A stretch of DNA of 64,000 nucleotides from an uncultured Planctomycetota bacterium (GCA_963849325.1 CAWKHF010000010.1:64001-128000); one strand, 5' to 3'; shown: positions 30,936 through 43,251, counted from the stretch's first letter. Numbers and translations: made by a program. The notes: generated by a model not told the origin, from the letters alone.

Positions 30936-33403
30936 TCAGTGATTGAAGAGGAACTCCAGCGAGTTCAGCAGGCTCCAGGCCAGGTCTTCCGCCGCCTGCC
31001 GGCGGTTCGTCCGGTGCTCCCGCAGGTACGCCAGCGCCGCCTGCCGTTCCCTCTCCCGCGGCAGCCGGCTGAAGAAGGTCAGGTACAGCTCCTCGACCAG
31101 CGGCTCGTCCGCCGGCTGGCGCTTGACCAGCTGGGCCACGTAGCCGCCCTCGTGGCTGAGCTTGGCGTGGATCTCCGGCGCGTTGAGCAGGTGCAGCACC
31201 TGGGCGACGCTCGGCTCGTGGTTGCGCTCGCACTCGCAGGCGCTGACGCGCTCCGGCCGGCCGAACAGCCTTGAGGAAGTAGTGCGGCACCTTGCTGTCC
31301 CACAGCTGGATCGCCCGCGTGCCCGGCGGCACGCCGGCGAAGTGCTCCGGCACGCCGGTCGTCTGGCACACCATGTCGAGCAGCACCTCGGCGTCGATGC
31401 GCTTGAAGCGCGCCCGCGAGTAGTTCTGCTCGTCGCGCTCGTTGGTCGCGTTCGGCTGCGACGACAGCTGATAGACGCGCGAGGCGGTGATGACGCGGAT
31501 CAGGGCGTGCAGATCGTACTTGTTCTCGACGAGATGGTCGGCCAGGGCGTCGAGCAGTTCGGGATTGCTCGGCGGGTTGGTGGCGCGCACGTCATCGACC
31601 GGCTCGACCAGGCCGCGGCCGAGGAAGTGGGCCCAGACGCGGTTGGCGAGGTTGCGGGCGAACCACGGGTTGTTCGGACGCGTCAGCCAGTCGGCCAGCT
31701 GCGCTCGGCGGTCGCCCGGTCTCGACCGTCGCCGGGCGTCTTCTCGCCCAGCGGATGGGCGGGGATGTCCGCGCCGGTGCGCGGGTTTCGCGCCTGCGCC
31801 AGCCCCCTCGCACGGACAGCGCTTCGCACGCCGCCGGCGTTCTTGACGCCGACGCCGGTGAAGAACGCCGTCATGCCGTAGTAGTCGTCCTGGCTCCAGC
31901 GGTCGAACGGGTGGTGATGGCACTCGGCGCAGGCGATGCGGACGCCGAGGAAGACCTGGGCCAGCGTGCTGGCCGCCTCGCCCGGCTTGGCGACGACCTT
32001 GTAGAAGTTGGCCGGCCCGACCTCGGCGAGCGGCCCTTCCGCCGTCACGCAGCGCGCGGGCGAACTCGTCGAGCGGTCGTTGGCGGCGAGGCTGTCGCGG
32101 ATCCAGCGGTAATAGGCGTAGGCCCGCTTCGTGCCCCAGCGCCGCGCGATCGACGCGCAGCAGGTCCGCCCATTGCAGCGCCCAGAAGTCGGCGAACTCC
32201 GGCCGCCGCAGCAATTCCTCGACCAGCCGGGCGCGGCGGTCGGGCCGCTCGTCGGCCAGGAAGCGCCGCGCCTCGGCGGCCGTCGGCAGCGTGCCGATCA
32301 CGTCGAGATAGACGCGGCGCAGATACTCGGCGTCGTCGGCCAGTTCCGAGGGCAGGATGTTCAGCTTGCGCAGCTTGCGAAACACCAGGCGATCGATGAA
32401 GTTGTTCTCGGGCACGGCCGGATAGTGCTCGATGCGTTCGGCGCGCGGCACGAGGACGCGGAAGGTATCCACGGCGTTCATGAAGCTGGCCATGACGGCC
32501 GCCTCGCCGGGCGTCTCGCCGGCCATGACCAGGCCGCTCGGCTGCACCGTGGCCAGGCCGTCGTTGTTCGACTGAAACTTGGCGTGGGCGGTCACGTCGA
32601 CCTCGCGGCCGTCGGTGTAGCGGGCGACGACGCGCAGCTGCTGCCGGCCGCGCAGGGCGAGGACGCGCTCGCGCGGCTCGACGCGGATCGACGCCACGAC
32701 TCGGATCGTCGCGCGTCGCCGAACGGCAGGCCGGCGGCGATCCAGGCGCGGACGGTCTCGTAGTCGCCGGAGCCGGCCGCGATGCGGGCGCCGCCGCCGT
32801 GCGGCATCTGCCCGGTCATCTTGCGCAGCAGCAGGCTCTGCTCCGGCGCGGCCGGGAAGACGCGCCGGCCGCGCGCCTCCTTGGTCAGGGCGGCGTAGTC
32901 GGCGGGCGGATCGAAGCCGAAGACCGACAGCTTGAACCCGTTCTGCCCTTCCGCCTTGCCGTGACAGCCGGACGAGTTGCAGCCGAAGCGGCTCAGGATC
33001 GGCACGATGTCGTTCTCGAAGTTGAAACGCCGCGGCTCTGCGCTGCCTTCCACGGTGACGGCGACGTTCAGCGTGCGTCCTTCCGCCTGCACCCGCACGG
33101 CCGTTGTCCCGTCTCCTACTGCCGTGGAGGACACCGGCCGGAGTGACGCGGACGATACGGGGATCGAGCGACTCGAACCGCGCGGCGTGCGTGCGATCGA
33201 CGAGCCGGCCGTTGGCGGTTCGGCCCGGTTATCAGCAGGGAATAGCGGGCCGTGGGGCCGTGCAGGCGGAGGGTAGGGGGATCGGCCGTCACCTCAACGA
33301 AGTCCTCCGCCGCCGCGCCGAAGGTCGGCGCCAGAACGAGCAGACAGAGGGCGGTCAGAGGACGGCCGAGGAATGTCATAACGAAGGGTGCCTCCCAAGA
33401 CAT
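30936..33403 (-). CDS. DUF1549/DUF1553 protein with Ig-like domain, frameshifted
   Basis: GCNSSGCHG, YLRRVYLDVIG, CAECHHHPFDRW, NPWFARNLANRVW, EFLFNH. Confidence 0.85.
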
Positions 33404-33573
33404 CGAGGCGCATTGGGGTAGGAGCCTAGGCGGGCTGGCAACATCGGCGCGGACGGTGAGCCTAACTCTCTGTTATCAGATTGGAAGAGAGGGGGCAAGA
33501 AAGAATAACGCGGATGCGCAGTGAAAGGGGGAGGACGCTCTTGTCATCACGATTGCAGGAGGGGCACGAGCAC

Positions 33574-34272
33574 TCAGGACTGCGTCAGTTGGGCCGAGCG
33601 TGCCCGAGCCGCCTGAGCGATCAACTCGGCGCACACGTCCTCGCCCAGCAGACTCGAATTGAGCACCACGTCATACTGATGCACGTCGCCGGGATCGCGG
33701 TGGAAGTTGTTGGCGACGAACTCGCGGCGGCGCTCGTCGCGCAGGCGGACGCGCTCGGTCGCCTCCTCGACGGTCAGGCGCAGCCACTGGCCCATGTAGG
33801 CGATGCGCTCGTGCAGCGGAGCCACGATGCGGACGTTCAGCGTCGTCTCGCGCGGCAGGATGCAGCCGGCGCCGCGGCCGATCAGCACCGCTTGCCCCTG
33901 CGCCCCCAGCGCCAGCACCACGCGGGCCAGGTTGACGATGGACGGATGCTCGCTGAGGCTGCCTTCGCGGAGCAACTGCTGCAAGCGTGCCTCGGCCCAG
34001 TCGGCGGGCGCCGCCGGCGGGACGTCGAGAACGCCCTGGCTGACGATCGCTTCCTGGGCCATGTATTCGAGCAGTTCCTGATCGTAGACCTGCCAGCCGA
34101 GCTTGCGGCCGACGCGGCGGGCGATGGTGCCGCCGCGCGCACCGGCCTCGCGGCTGAAGGCGATGGTCAGAGCGGACGGTCCCGAGCGCGGCGGCGGCGG
34201 CGCGCCGCGGTCGCCCTGGAAGCCGTGACGCGGCGATTCACGCGGCTCGTCGGCGGAGGAAGGCTGGTGCAT
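33574..34272 (-). CDS. Cytidylate-kinase-like family protein
   Basis: IAFSREAGARG, VLIGRGAG, YDVVLNS. Confidence 0.85.
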   Translation of the reverse strand: MHQPSSADEPRESPRHGFQGDRGAPPPPRSGPSALTIAFSREAGARGGTIARRVGRKLGWQVYDQELLEYMAQEAIVSQGVLDVPPAAPADWAEARLQQLLREGSLSEHPSIVNLARVVLALGAQGQAVLIGRGAGCILPRETTLNVRIVAPLHERIAYMGQWLRLTVEEATERVRLRDERRREFVANNFHRDPGDVHQYDVVLNSSLLGEDVCAELIAQAARARSAQLTQS

Positions 34273-34313
34273 GACGTCACCTCGATTCACGCCAGGCCGC
34301 AAGCGGCCCAACG

Positions 34314-35307
34314 TCAGACGATTTCCTGATACTGCGACCGCGAGAACACGACCATGCCCAGGCCGAGCAGCGCGACCGTCAGTCCGAGCAGCACGACCAG
34401 GGCCGTCGATGCCGTCCACCGGCAGGAAGATGTCGGGCCGCTCCGGCTGGACGCCGTAGTCGCTGGGCCGCCTCGAACATCATACAGCGCGTGTAGAAGC
34501 CGATGCTGATGCGTTTCAGATAGCCCGGCATGTTGCCGAAGATCACTTCCAGGAAGAACGCGTAGACGATGGCGACCACGGCCGGCCGGCGGAAGAAGGC
34601 GCCCATGAGGTAGAACAGGGCCGAGAACGCCAGCGTCGCCCACAGCACGGCCGGCCAGTACAGCCGGAAGGCCATCGCTCCCGGCTGGCCGGCCGCCAGG
34701 CACAGCAGGCCGAAGCCGCCGAGGTTCAGGCCGAGGCTCCACGGCAGCAGGGCGACGAACTTGGCCAGGTAGATCGCCGGCCGCGGCAGCGGCCGGGTCA
34801 GCAGCCAGATCAGGCTGTTGCTCTCGCGCTCGCCGCCCAGGGCCTCGGTGGCGAAGCTCAGGCTCCACAGCGGCAGCAGGAAGGTCAGGAAGATCGAGAA
34901 CACGATCCAGCGCGAAAAGACCAGGAAGCCCGACTGATCGACGATGCCGCGCACGGCCGCCGCCAGGCTCGCCGAGCACGGCCTGGCCACCCGCCGACGG
35001 ATCGAGCGCGCCCAGTGAGCACTTGAATCTCGTCGGCCCATTGCAGGAAGGTCGGCCCACGGCGGTACGGCCAGCGCCAGTGTCTCATGCTCCAGGTGCC
35101 CGCCGCCGTCAGGATCGCCACCAGCAGCACCGCGAACACCAGCAGCCCCAGGGCGATCCACACCATCTGCCGCGCTCGCGCCTGCCGCTGCCAGCTCAGC
35201 CAGACGAGGTAGCACCAGGCCCTGGCGGATGACAAGGTGACAAGGTGACTTGAACCTACGCTCTGCGAAGGCGTCATCTCCCCCACTGCTTTTTGCCGGG
35301 TTTCCAT
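34314..35307 (-). CDS. ABC transporter permease, frameshifted
   Basis: ERESNSLIWLLTRPLPRPAIYLAKF; TM helices. Confidence 0.8.
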
Positions 35308-35314
35308 ACTTCTT

Positions 35315-36392
35315 TCACCTTGTCCTCTTCACGCGGAGCGGCCGCGCAGCAGGTAGCCGAGCACCGCCTGGGCGGAGTCGTCGAGCGTTTCCAGGCGGCT
35401 GATTTCGTACCACTCTTCGAGGACCAGGCGCGTCAACTCCTGGAAGAATTGCTGCGGGATTGCGGGCGCGCACCAGCACCGGACTGACGCCGTCGTCCGG
35501 GCGGCTGTCCAGCAACTCGACGCCGACCACGTCGCGCAGCTTCAACAGCGCCGCGGCCAGACGACGCTGCTCGGCCCCGTCGGCCGAGTCACCTTCGCGG
35601 TCGCGCGGCGAACCTTCTTGACATCGATGCGGACCAGTAGCGGATGATTGTCGAGGCGGTCGCGGATCTGGGCCACCGAGCCGACGGCGGCGATGCGGCC
35701 GTGGGCCATGATGGCGACGTGGTCGGTCAGCTTCTCCAGCTCTTCCAGTTCGTGGCTGGAGACGAGCAGGCACTTGCCCTGCTCGGCCAGGTCGCGGAAC
35801 AGACGGATGAACTCCCAGCGGCCGACCGGGTCGATGCCGCTGAGCGGTTCGTCGAGCACGAGCAGCTCGGGATCGTGCAGCAGCGCCTGGGCCAGCTTGA
35901 CGCGCTGCCGCATGCCCTTGGAGTAGCCGCGCACGCGGCGCTCGGCGCGGTCCGGCCATGCCGACGCGCTCCAGGGCGGCCTCGGTGCGTCGCCGTGCCT
36001 CGCGGCGCGGATAGCCGCACAGCCGGGCCATCGCCTCGACGAACTGCCGGCCGGACATCTCCTCGTAGAAGGCGTCCACCTCGGGGCAGTAGCCGACGTG
36101 CCGCTTGGCGGCCGTGCTCCAGGCGTCGTGGCCCAGCACCTCGACGCGGCCGAGGTCGGGCCGCAGCTGCCCGGTGATGAGGCGCATCAGCGTACTCTTG
36201 CCGGCGCCGTTGGAGCCGACCAGGCCGGTGATGCCGGAGCGCAGCTCCAGCGTCACCTGATTGACGCCGATGACCGGGCCGTACCACTTGGAGACGCGCT
36301 GGCACAGCAGCCGAGGGACTTCGGAAGAAGTGTCGAGGGGCGAGGGGCGAGGGGCAAGGGAAGACGCTTCTTCTTCCTGCGCCACTCGCCAT
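35315..36392 (-). CDS. ABC transporter ATP-binding protein, frameshifted
   Basis: GSNGAGKST, YSKGMRQR, LVLDEP, SSH. Confidence 0.85.
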
Positions 36393-36405
36393 TCGACACT
36401 CGCCC

Positions 36406-37363
36406 CTACTTCACGATCTCCACGGCCCGGATCCGCAGAATCAAGTAGGTCAGGCATAGCAGGCTCACTCCTCCCAGGACCAGGGCCGCCTCGTACCAGG
36501 GCGGCTGATGCGAGGGTCGAATCGTCCGCGGCGTCCATCCCCAGGCAGGCGCTGCCGATCAGATAGGTGCTGTTCCACAGGTCGATCAGCCGCCAGCGCG
36601 GGCTGAAACGCAGACCGTCCACCAGGGCCGACGACAGCAGCCGGCAGAAGAAGAACAGCGTCGTCCACGTCATGATGAGCGGCACCGTCCGCCGCAGCCA
36701 GGTCGCCGTCGCCAGCAGCAGCAGCGTCAGGGTGACGGTCAACACCAGGCCGTAGCCGAGGATGCCCAGCAGCAGGTCGAAACGCTCGTAGAAGTAATCC
36801 CACGATTCGAGCATGCCGCACTGCACGAACAGGATGACGGCCGGCAGCGTCGTCATCAGGTTGATGAACACGGCCACGGCCAGCCCCTTGCCGAGCAGGT
36901 AGTGCCAGCGCGACAGCGGCTTGGACAGGTAAAACGGCAGGCTGCCGAAGCGCAGGTCGTTGCCGATGAGGATCGAGCCGGCCAGGGCCAGGACGATCAT
37001 GACGATGTAGCCCTGGTAGGCGAAGAAGTTGCGGTACGTCTCGGCGCCGCCGTCGAGCTTGAGGAAGACGCGGAAGAGCTGGATGAGATGGCGCGGGTTC
37101 ATGCGGCCCAGGCCGCCGACCTGCACGTCGGACTCGCCGACCTGCGTCTGCGCCCACGCCAGGAGGTACTGGCCGAAGAAGAACAGCAGGAAGATGAGCA
37201 GGCCGAGGACGTAGATGACCCAGAACAGCCAGCGGCGGAAGATGCTGACCAGCGCCACGCGCGCGATCGGCCAGACGCTGGCGGCCGGACGGCGGAAGTC
37301 GCCGCGCCAGGGACGATAGTGCAGCAACTCAGGCGACGCAGCCTGATTCGGACTATCGCCCAT
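36406..37363 (-). CDS. ABC transporter permease
   Basis: HYRPWRG, DLRFGSLPFYLSKPLSRWHYLLGK; TM helices. Confidence 0.8.
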
Positions 37364-37384
37364 GACACGCCCTTCCTCAAAGAA

Positions 37385-37513
37385 GTAAAACCACGAATCA
37401 CACGAATAACACGAATAAAAGACAACACAATCAGGAAAAGATGTTTGCCTATCTCCCTTTGACTTCGCTCCGTTTGTTTTTATTCGTGTAATTCGTGTGA
37501 TTCGTGGTTTTTA
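37385..37513. repeat. Nonamer-repeat hairpin (CACGAATAA-like)
   Basis: AAAACCACGAATCACACGAATAACACGAATAAAA ... TTTTATTCGTGTAATTCGTGTGATTCGTGGTTTT. Confidence 0.85.
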
Positions 37514-38458
37514 TCCTTCATCCTTCAAAACGCGATGGAACAGTTCTTCGAGATCCTCGTCGTCCGGCTGCAGGCCGCGCAGCAGGACGTGGTGATTGTC
37601 GGCCAGGGTGAAGAAGGCCCGCGTCACCCAGCCCGGCGGCACGGCCACGCGCAACTCGCCCCGTCCATTGTCGTGAAGGATCTGCACGCCTTCAAGGCGT
37701 AACTCTTCGCGGAAGGTCGCGGCATCGCCCTGAATTTGCAGGCGGTAACGATCTTGACGGCGGCGGCACAGCTCGACGACGCCGCCTTGAAGGAGCAGCC
37801 GGCCCTGGTGCAGAATCAGCACCGTATCGCAGACGCGCTCGACGTCGCCCAGCAGGTGCGTGGACAGCAGGATCGACTTGCCGTGCTCGCGGCCCAGCGT
37901 CAGCAGCAGACGCAGCATGGCATCGCGGCCGGCGGGGTCGAGGCCGCTGGTCGGCTCGTCGAGCAGCAGCACCGGCGGATCGTGGACCAGCGCCTGCGCC
38001 AGCTTGAGACGCTGCTTCATGCCGGTGGAGTATTCCTCCAGCCGGCGATAGCGGGCGTCTTCCAGTTCGAGATAGGTGAGCACTTCGTGAGCGCGGCGCT
38101 GGGCCTCGCGGCGCGGCATGCCGTACAGTTCGCCGGCCAGGGCGACGTATTCGGCCCCGCGCAGGCCGGGGACGAGGGCGTCGGCCTCCGGCATGTAGCC
38201 GATGGCCCGCCGCAGCGAGGCGCCGTCCTGTCCGATGACGTGGCCCAGGACGCGGCCGCCGCCGGAGGAAGGCGGCAGCAGGCCGAGCAGGATCTTGAGC
38301 AGCGTCGATTTGCCGGCCCCGTTGGGTCCGAGCAGACCGACCCGGCCGGGAGCCAGCCGGAAGCTCACGTCGTCGAGCGCCCGGAAGGTGCCGTACCAGC
38401 GGGACAGGTTGCACAGGTCGATCATCGCCTCGTTTGCGTCCGCCGTGATCGGCCCCAT
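37511..38458 (-). CDS. ABC transporter ATP-binding protein
   Basis: GPNGAGKST, YSTGMKQR, LLDEPT, STH. Confidence 0.9.
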   Translation of the reverse strand: MGPITADANEAMIDLCNLSRWYGTFRALDDVSFRLAPGRVGLLGPNGAGKSTLLKILLGLLPPSSGGGRVLGHVIGQDGASLRRAIGYMPEADALVPGLRGAEYVALAGELYGMPRREAQRRAHEVLTYLELEDARYRRLEEYSTGMKQRLKLAQALVHDPPVLLLDEPTSGLDPAGRDAMLRLLLTLGREHGKSILLSTHLLGDVERVCDTVLILHQGRLLLQGGVVELCRRRQDRYRLQIQGDAATFREELRLEGVQILHDNGRGELRVAVPPGWVTRAFFTLADNHHVLLRGLQPDDEDLEELFHRVLKDEG

Positions 38459-38722
38459 GACGTCTCCCCGCATTCCGCCCGGGTTTCCGGCGCCTCCGCG
38501 CCCCCGAGTCTGGTTATTGTAGCAAAGAGGGCAAGACACGCTCCCTCTCACCACCGTCTGAGAGAGGTGCCCCGCTCGATTTTGGCTACGAAAGGAGCAA
38601 GCGGCCCCTCGATTCGTATTGCTCGGCACTCTTATTTCCGATAAGGAGTTGTCTCGCGGCTGCGGCGTTCGCGCAGCCGTTCGTCTCGCCCACTCGGTTC
38701 CCGCGCCCGAAAGGAAGGAACC

Positions 38723-39490
38723 ATGCCCGCGGACCTGTTTTTGAGTCTTATCCTTCCGGCCTACAACGAGGTCCGGAGCATCCGTAAGACCCTGACGCTG
38801 GTTCAGAACTACCTGGACCGGCAGCCGTTCGCGTACGAGATCATCGTGGCGGCCGACGGGGACGATGGCACGCGCGAGGCCATCGCCGAGTGGTCGCGGC
38901 GCGATCCGCGTGTGAGTGTCCTGGGTAGCGTCGAACGGCATGGGAAGGGACGCGGCATCCGTCAGGGAGTGGCACGAGCGAGCGGCCAAATCATTGGCTT
39001 TTGCGATGCCGACTACAAGACCCCAATCGAGGAGCTGGATAAACTTCTGCCCTGGTTCCGCGAGGGTTACGATATCGTTATCGGATCGCGCTGCATGGCG
39101 GATTCGCGTATCGAGGTGCCACAACCGCTGTATCGGCAGCTCGGCTCGCGCGCCTTCTCTCTCTCCATGCACCTTCTATTGGGTTTGTGGCACATTCACG
39201 ACACACAATGCGGCTTCAAGTTTTTCCGGTCGCCGATCGCCCACGATCTGTTTGGCCGTCAGCGCATCGACGGCTACATGTTCGATGTGGAAATCTTGCA
39301 TTTGGCGGAGCGGAGCGGCTACCACATCAAGGAGGTCGGCGTCCGCTGGCGCGACGATGGCGACAGTCGCCTTCAGCTCGTCGCCGGGAACTGGCGCAAC
39401 ATGCTGGACATACTCCGCATCCGTTTCGGCCGCCCACCGCGCTCCGCCGTGCCATTGGCCGAGAAGGCGAGCGAGCGTCAAGCGGCGTGA
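38723..39490 (+). CDS. GT2 polyprenyl-phosphate glycosyltransferase (DPG-synthase-like)
   Basis: ILPAYNE, GKGRGIRQG, CDAD, DTQCGFKFF, FDVEIL. Confidence 0.9.
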   Translation: MPADLFLSLILPAYNEVRSIRKTLTLVQNYLDRQPFAYEIIVAADGDDGTREAIAEWSRRDPRVSVLGSVERHGKGRGIRQGVARASGQIIGFCDADYKTPIEELDKLLPWFREGYDIVIGSRCMADSRIEVPQPLYRQLGSRAFSLSMHLLLGLWHIHDTQCGFKFFRSPIAHDLFGRQRIDGYMFDVEILHLAERSGYHIKEVGVRWRDDGDSRLQLVAGNWRNMLDILRIRFGRPPRSAVPLAEKASERQAA

Positions 39491-39570
39491 ACGATGCATC
39501 TTCGGCGCCTGGCTTGCCTGAGCAGTTCCAAGGTGCGTATTTTGACACCCTTTTTCTAAGGGAAAGAGGA

Positions 39571-40314
39571 ATGGCAGAGACTACCCTTACCAACCCTTAT
39601 CAATACGCGGACTTGCTTGTCCGCTCGCGCGACCAATATGCCAATACCAAGTACGAGATCCTCCAGGAGTACCTTGGCGATCAGAGGGAACTCTCCATCC
39701 TTAACGCCGGCTGTGGCTCCGGCGAGCTGTCGCTGCAGCTCGCGGCCGCCGGCCATCGCGTTCTGGGCATCGACCCCGCGCCCGAGTACATTGACCTGGC
39801 GCACACCAACGCCGAACACGCCGGCTTGACCAATTGCTCGTTCCTCGTCTCGTCTATCGAAGATCTCTCGACCAACGAGACGTTCGATTGTGTCGCGGCC
39901 ACCGATGTGCTCGAACACATTGCCGATGACAGTGTGGCCTTCGAGAAACTGGTTGCGTTGGTTAAACCGGATGGTTTTCTTCTTATCACGGTCCCAGCCG
40001 GTCCGTGGCTCTTTGGGTATCACGATGAAGAGTTAGGGCATTATCGCCGATATTCGTGGTCCGCTCTTCGCCGTCTGGTGTCTTCCTCTTGCCGTATTGA
40101 CGCGCTCCGCTATTTCGGTATGAGTCTGATTCCCGTCTGTTACCTGTACAGCAAGTGGCTGCGCAAACCGTACCCGGTTGGAGCGTCGGGCGACACGGAG
40201 GGCAACCCGATCGTGGCCCGAGCGTTGCGTTTGCTGTTGCGTCTGGATCGACTTCTGCCCATGCCCTTCGGAACGAGCTTGATCCTCAAGGCGGTCCCGC
40301 GGCGAGCCGCCTGA
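39571..40314 (+). CDS. Class I SAM-dependent methyltransferase
   Basis: ILNAGCGSG, DVLEHI, ITVPA, HYRRY. Confidence 0.88.
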   Translation: MAETTLTNPYQYADLLVRSRDQYANTKYEILQEYLGDQRELSILNAGCGSGELSLQLAAAGHRVLGIDPAPEYIDLAHTNAEHAGLTNCSFLVSSIEDLSTNETFDCVAATDVLEHIADDSVAFEKLVALVKPDGFLLITVPAGPWLFGYHDEELGHYRRYSWSALRRLVSSSCRIDALRYFGMSLIPVCYLYSKWLRKPYPVGASGDTEGNPIVARALRLLLRLDRLLPMPFGTSLILKAVPRRAA

Positions 40315-40355
40315 CTTCGCTTGGCGCCTCGGTTCACGGAGAGGGAGATCCGTCC

Positions 40356-41321
40356 ATGAAAATGTTTGTCACCGGCGGCGCCGGGTTCATCGGCAGCAAT
40401 CTCGCCGACCGTCTGCTGGCGGACGGCCACGCCGTGACGGTTTACGATAATTTTTCGACCGGGCAGCGGGCCTTCCTCGCCTCGGCAACTTTGTCTCCTC
40501 GCTTCGCTCTGGTGGAGGGCGACTTGCTTTGTCTGCCCGATTTGAAACGGGCGATGGACGGACACGATTTCGTATTTCATCTGGCGGCCAACGCCAACGT
40601 CCGCTTCGGCACGCACCATCCGAGCAAGGACCTGGAGCAAAATACGCTCGCCACCTTCCACGTCCTGGAAGCGATGCGTGACAACGGTATCCGCCGCCTG
40701 GCCTTTTCCTCCACCGGCTCGATTTATGGCGAGCCGCAAGTCTTCCCAACTCCCGAGGACGCCCCCTTCCCGATCCAGACCAGTCTTTACGGGGCCTCCA
40801 AGCTGGCCGGCGAGGGGCTGATCGCCGCCTACAGTACGGGCTTCGACTTCCAGGTCTACATCTTTCGTTTTGTTTCCATCCTGGGCGAGCGTTACACACA
40901 CGGACACGTCTTCGATTTCTATCGCAAATTGCGGGACAATCCGCATCAGATCGAAGTGCTCGGCAACGGTCAGCAGCGGAAGTCTTATCTATATGTCCAG
41001 GACTGCATCGACGCCATGCTCCGGGTGATCGAGAAGGCGGATGCACCAATCAACATCTATAACCTGGGTACGGAGGAGTATTGCAAGGTCGATGACTCGC
41101 TCGGCTGGATCTGCGCTCATCTGGACCTGAACCCGCGTCGCTGTTATAGCGGAGGCGAGCGCGGCTGGATTGGAGACAACCCTTTCATCTTCCTCGATAC
41201 GGCCAAAGTCCGCTCGCTCGGTTGGCGGCCGAAACTGACCATCCGCGAGGCGGTGCTGCGCACTCTGCACTACCTGCAAGCCAACTCGTGGGTGCTTGAG
41301 CCGAGCCGCGACGCGGCCTGA
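40356..41321 (+). CDS. NAD-dependent epimerase/dehydratase
   Basis: TGGAGFIG, HLAA, YGASK. Confidence 0.9.
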   Translation: MKMFVTGGAGFIGSNLADRLLADGHAVTVYDNFSTGQRAFLASATLSPRFALVEGDLLCLPDLKRAMDGHDFVFHLAANANVRFGTHHPSKDLEQNTLATFHVLEAMRDNGIRRLAFSSTGSIYGEPQVFPTPEDAPFPIQTSLYGASKLAGEGLIAAYSTGFDFQVYIFRFVSILGERYTHGHVFDFYRKLRDNPHQIEVLGNGQQRKSYLYVQDCIDAMLRVIEKADAPINIYNLGTEEYCKVDDSLGWICAHLDLNPRRCYSGGERGWIGDNPFIFLDTAKVRSLGWRPKLTIREAVLRTLHYLQANSWVLEPSRDAA

Positions 41322-41377
41322 TTCTCCATCACCGAGGAGTCGGCCCCTCGCGTTCTCGACACGGGAGAATTGACGCG

Positions 41378-42247
41378 ATGCCTTTGACGAACCGTTCGGC
41401 CATCATCACGGGGGCCAATCAAGGTCTCGGTCAAGTGATCGCCCGACATTTCGTGACAGCGGGAGCCAGCGTCCTGCTTTTGGCGCGGGGCCGGGACCGC
41501 TTGCGCGAAGTGGAAGCCGAGTTGCGAGGACGGACCCGACCCGGTCAGATCGTTGCCGGTTGGCCGTGTGACGTCTCGCGCCCCGAACAATGCCTGGCCG
41601 CAGTCTCCCACGCGGAAAAGATCCTGCCTAACCTGGCCGTCCTCGTCAACAACGCCGGCGTCCTTGGCCCGACTGGGCCTGTCGAGGACGTGGATTGGGA
41701 CGACTGGGTACAGACCCTCCAGATCAATCTCTTCGGCACGGTGTTCCTGTGCCGGGCGGTGCTGCCGCTGTTGCGAGCGAAAGGTTTCGGCAAAATCATC
41801 AACCTTTCCGGCGGCGGCGCCACGGCGCCGATGCCGCGGATGAGCGCCTACGCCGCTTCCAAGGCGGCCATCGTCCGTTTCACCGAAACGCTGGCCGAAG
41901 AGACGCGCGACTGTCACATCGATGTCAACGCCATCGCGCCCGGCGCCTTGAACACCCGGTTACTCGATCAAGTCCTGGAGGCTGGGCCGGAACGGGTCGG
42001 GCAAGGTTACTACGAACGTGCCCGCAAGCAGCGCGACGAGGGCGGCGCCTCGCCGGAGAAAGCGGCGGCCCTGGCCGTTTTTCTGGCCTCGGCGGCCAGC
42101 GACGGCATCACCGGCCGGCTCCTCAGCGCCGTCTGGGACAACTGGGCCGATTTGCCCGCGCGCCAGCAGGAATTGGCGCGGAGCGACATCTACACGCTGC
42201 GGCGGATTATCCCCGAAGATCGAGGACAAAAATGGCACTGCGCGTAG
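41378..42247 (+). CDS. SDR family oxidoreductase
   Basis: TGANQGLG, NNAG, YAASK. Confidence 0.9.
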   Translation: MPLTNRSAIITGANQGLGQVIARHFVTAGASVLLLARGRDRLREVEAELRGRTRPGQIVAGWPCDVSRPEQCLAAVSHAEKILPNLAVLVNNAGVLGPTGPVEDVDWDDWVQTLQINLFGTVFLCRAVLPLLRAKGFGKIINLSGGGATAPMPRMSAYAASKAAIVRFTETLAEETRDCHIDVNAIAPGALNTRLLDQVLEAGPERVGQGYYERARKQRDEGGASPEKAAALAVFLASAASDGITGRLLSAVWDNWADLPARQQELARSDIYTLRRIIPEDRGQKWHCA

Positions 42248-43251
42248 CGATCATCGGTTGCGGACTCATCGGCCAGAAGCGGGCCAAGGCCCTCGGCTCG
42301 GACGTCAAGCTGACGGCGGTGGCCGACACCAACCACCAGCGGGCGCAGCAGTTGGCCGCCCAGTATTCCGGCTGCGAGGTCGAGCCGGACTGGCAATCCT
42401 GCGTGGCGCGGCGAGACGTGGAGGTCGTCATTGTCTCGACCGTCAATGCCGCCCTCGCTCCGGTCACGCTGGCCGCGGTTCAGCAGGGCAAGCACGTCCT
42501 CGTCGAAAAGCCGGCGGGACGCCGCGCCGACGAGCTGCAACCCGCCGTAAAGGCGGCCCGCGAAACCGGCGTTTTCGTCAAGGTCGGCTTCAATCACCGC
42601 TTTCATCCGGCCTTTCAGAAGGCCCGAAGTCTATGTGATGCCGGCGAGCTGGGGTCTCTTCTCTACGTTCGCGCCCGCTATGGCCACGGTGGACGCATCG
42701 GCTATGACCGCGAGTGGCGCACCGATCCCGCTGTCTCCGGCGGCGGTGAGCTGCTCGACCAGGGTGTCCACCTTATCGACCTGTCGCGCTGGTTTCTCGG
42801 CGATTTCGACGATGTTCAGGGACACATCGACACCTATTTCTGGAAGATGCCGGTCGAGGACAATGGCTTCCTGGCCCTGCGGACGGCGGAAGGACAGATG
42901 GCATGGCTGCACGCCAGCTGTACGGAATGGAAGAACCTTTTTTCGTTCGAGATCTTCGGCCGCGACGGCAAATTGCAGATTGATGGCCTGGGCGGGAGCT
43001 ATGGCACCGAGCGTCTGTCCTTCTACCGGATGCTGCCGCAGATGGGGCCGCCGGAGACGACCATCTGGGAGTATCCCGGCGAAGACCAGTCCTGGCGCGA
43101 CGAGTTCCGCCATTTCCGCGACTGCATTGCCACCGGCCGGCAGCCGCTTGGCACGCTCGACGATGCCGTCGCGGCCCTGACCATTATCGAGCGTGTGTAC
43201 GGCCAAGCCGAAAGACAGCGACAAATGGCCCCGCTGGCGGACGCCGGCTGA
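42232..43251 (+). CDS. Gfo/Idh/MocA oxidoreductase
   Basis: IIGCGLIG, VEKP, GFNHRF, GGGELLDQGVH. Confidence 0.9.
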   Translation: MALRVAIIGCGLIGQKRAKALGSDVKLTAVADTNHQRAQQLAAQYSGCEVEPDWQSCVARRDVEVVIVSTVNAALAPVTLAAVQQGKHVLVEKPAGRRADELQPAVKAARETGVFVKVGFNHRFHPAFQKARSLCDAGELGSLLYVRARYGHGGRIGYDREWRTDPAVSGGGELLDQGVHLIDLSRWFLGDFDDVQGHIDTYFWKMPVEDNGFLALRTAEGQMAWLHASCTEWKNLFSFEIFGRDGKLQIDGLGGSYGTERLSFYRMLPQMGPPETTIWEYPGEDQSWRDEFRHFRDCIATGRQPLGTLDDAVAALTIIERVYGQAERQRQMAPLADAG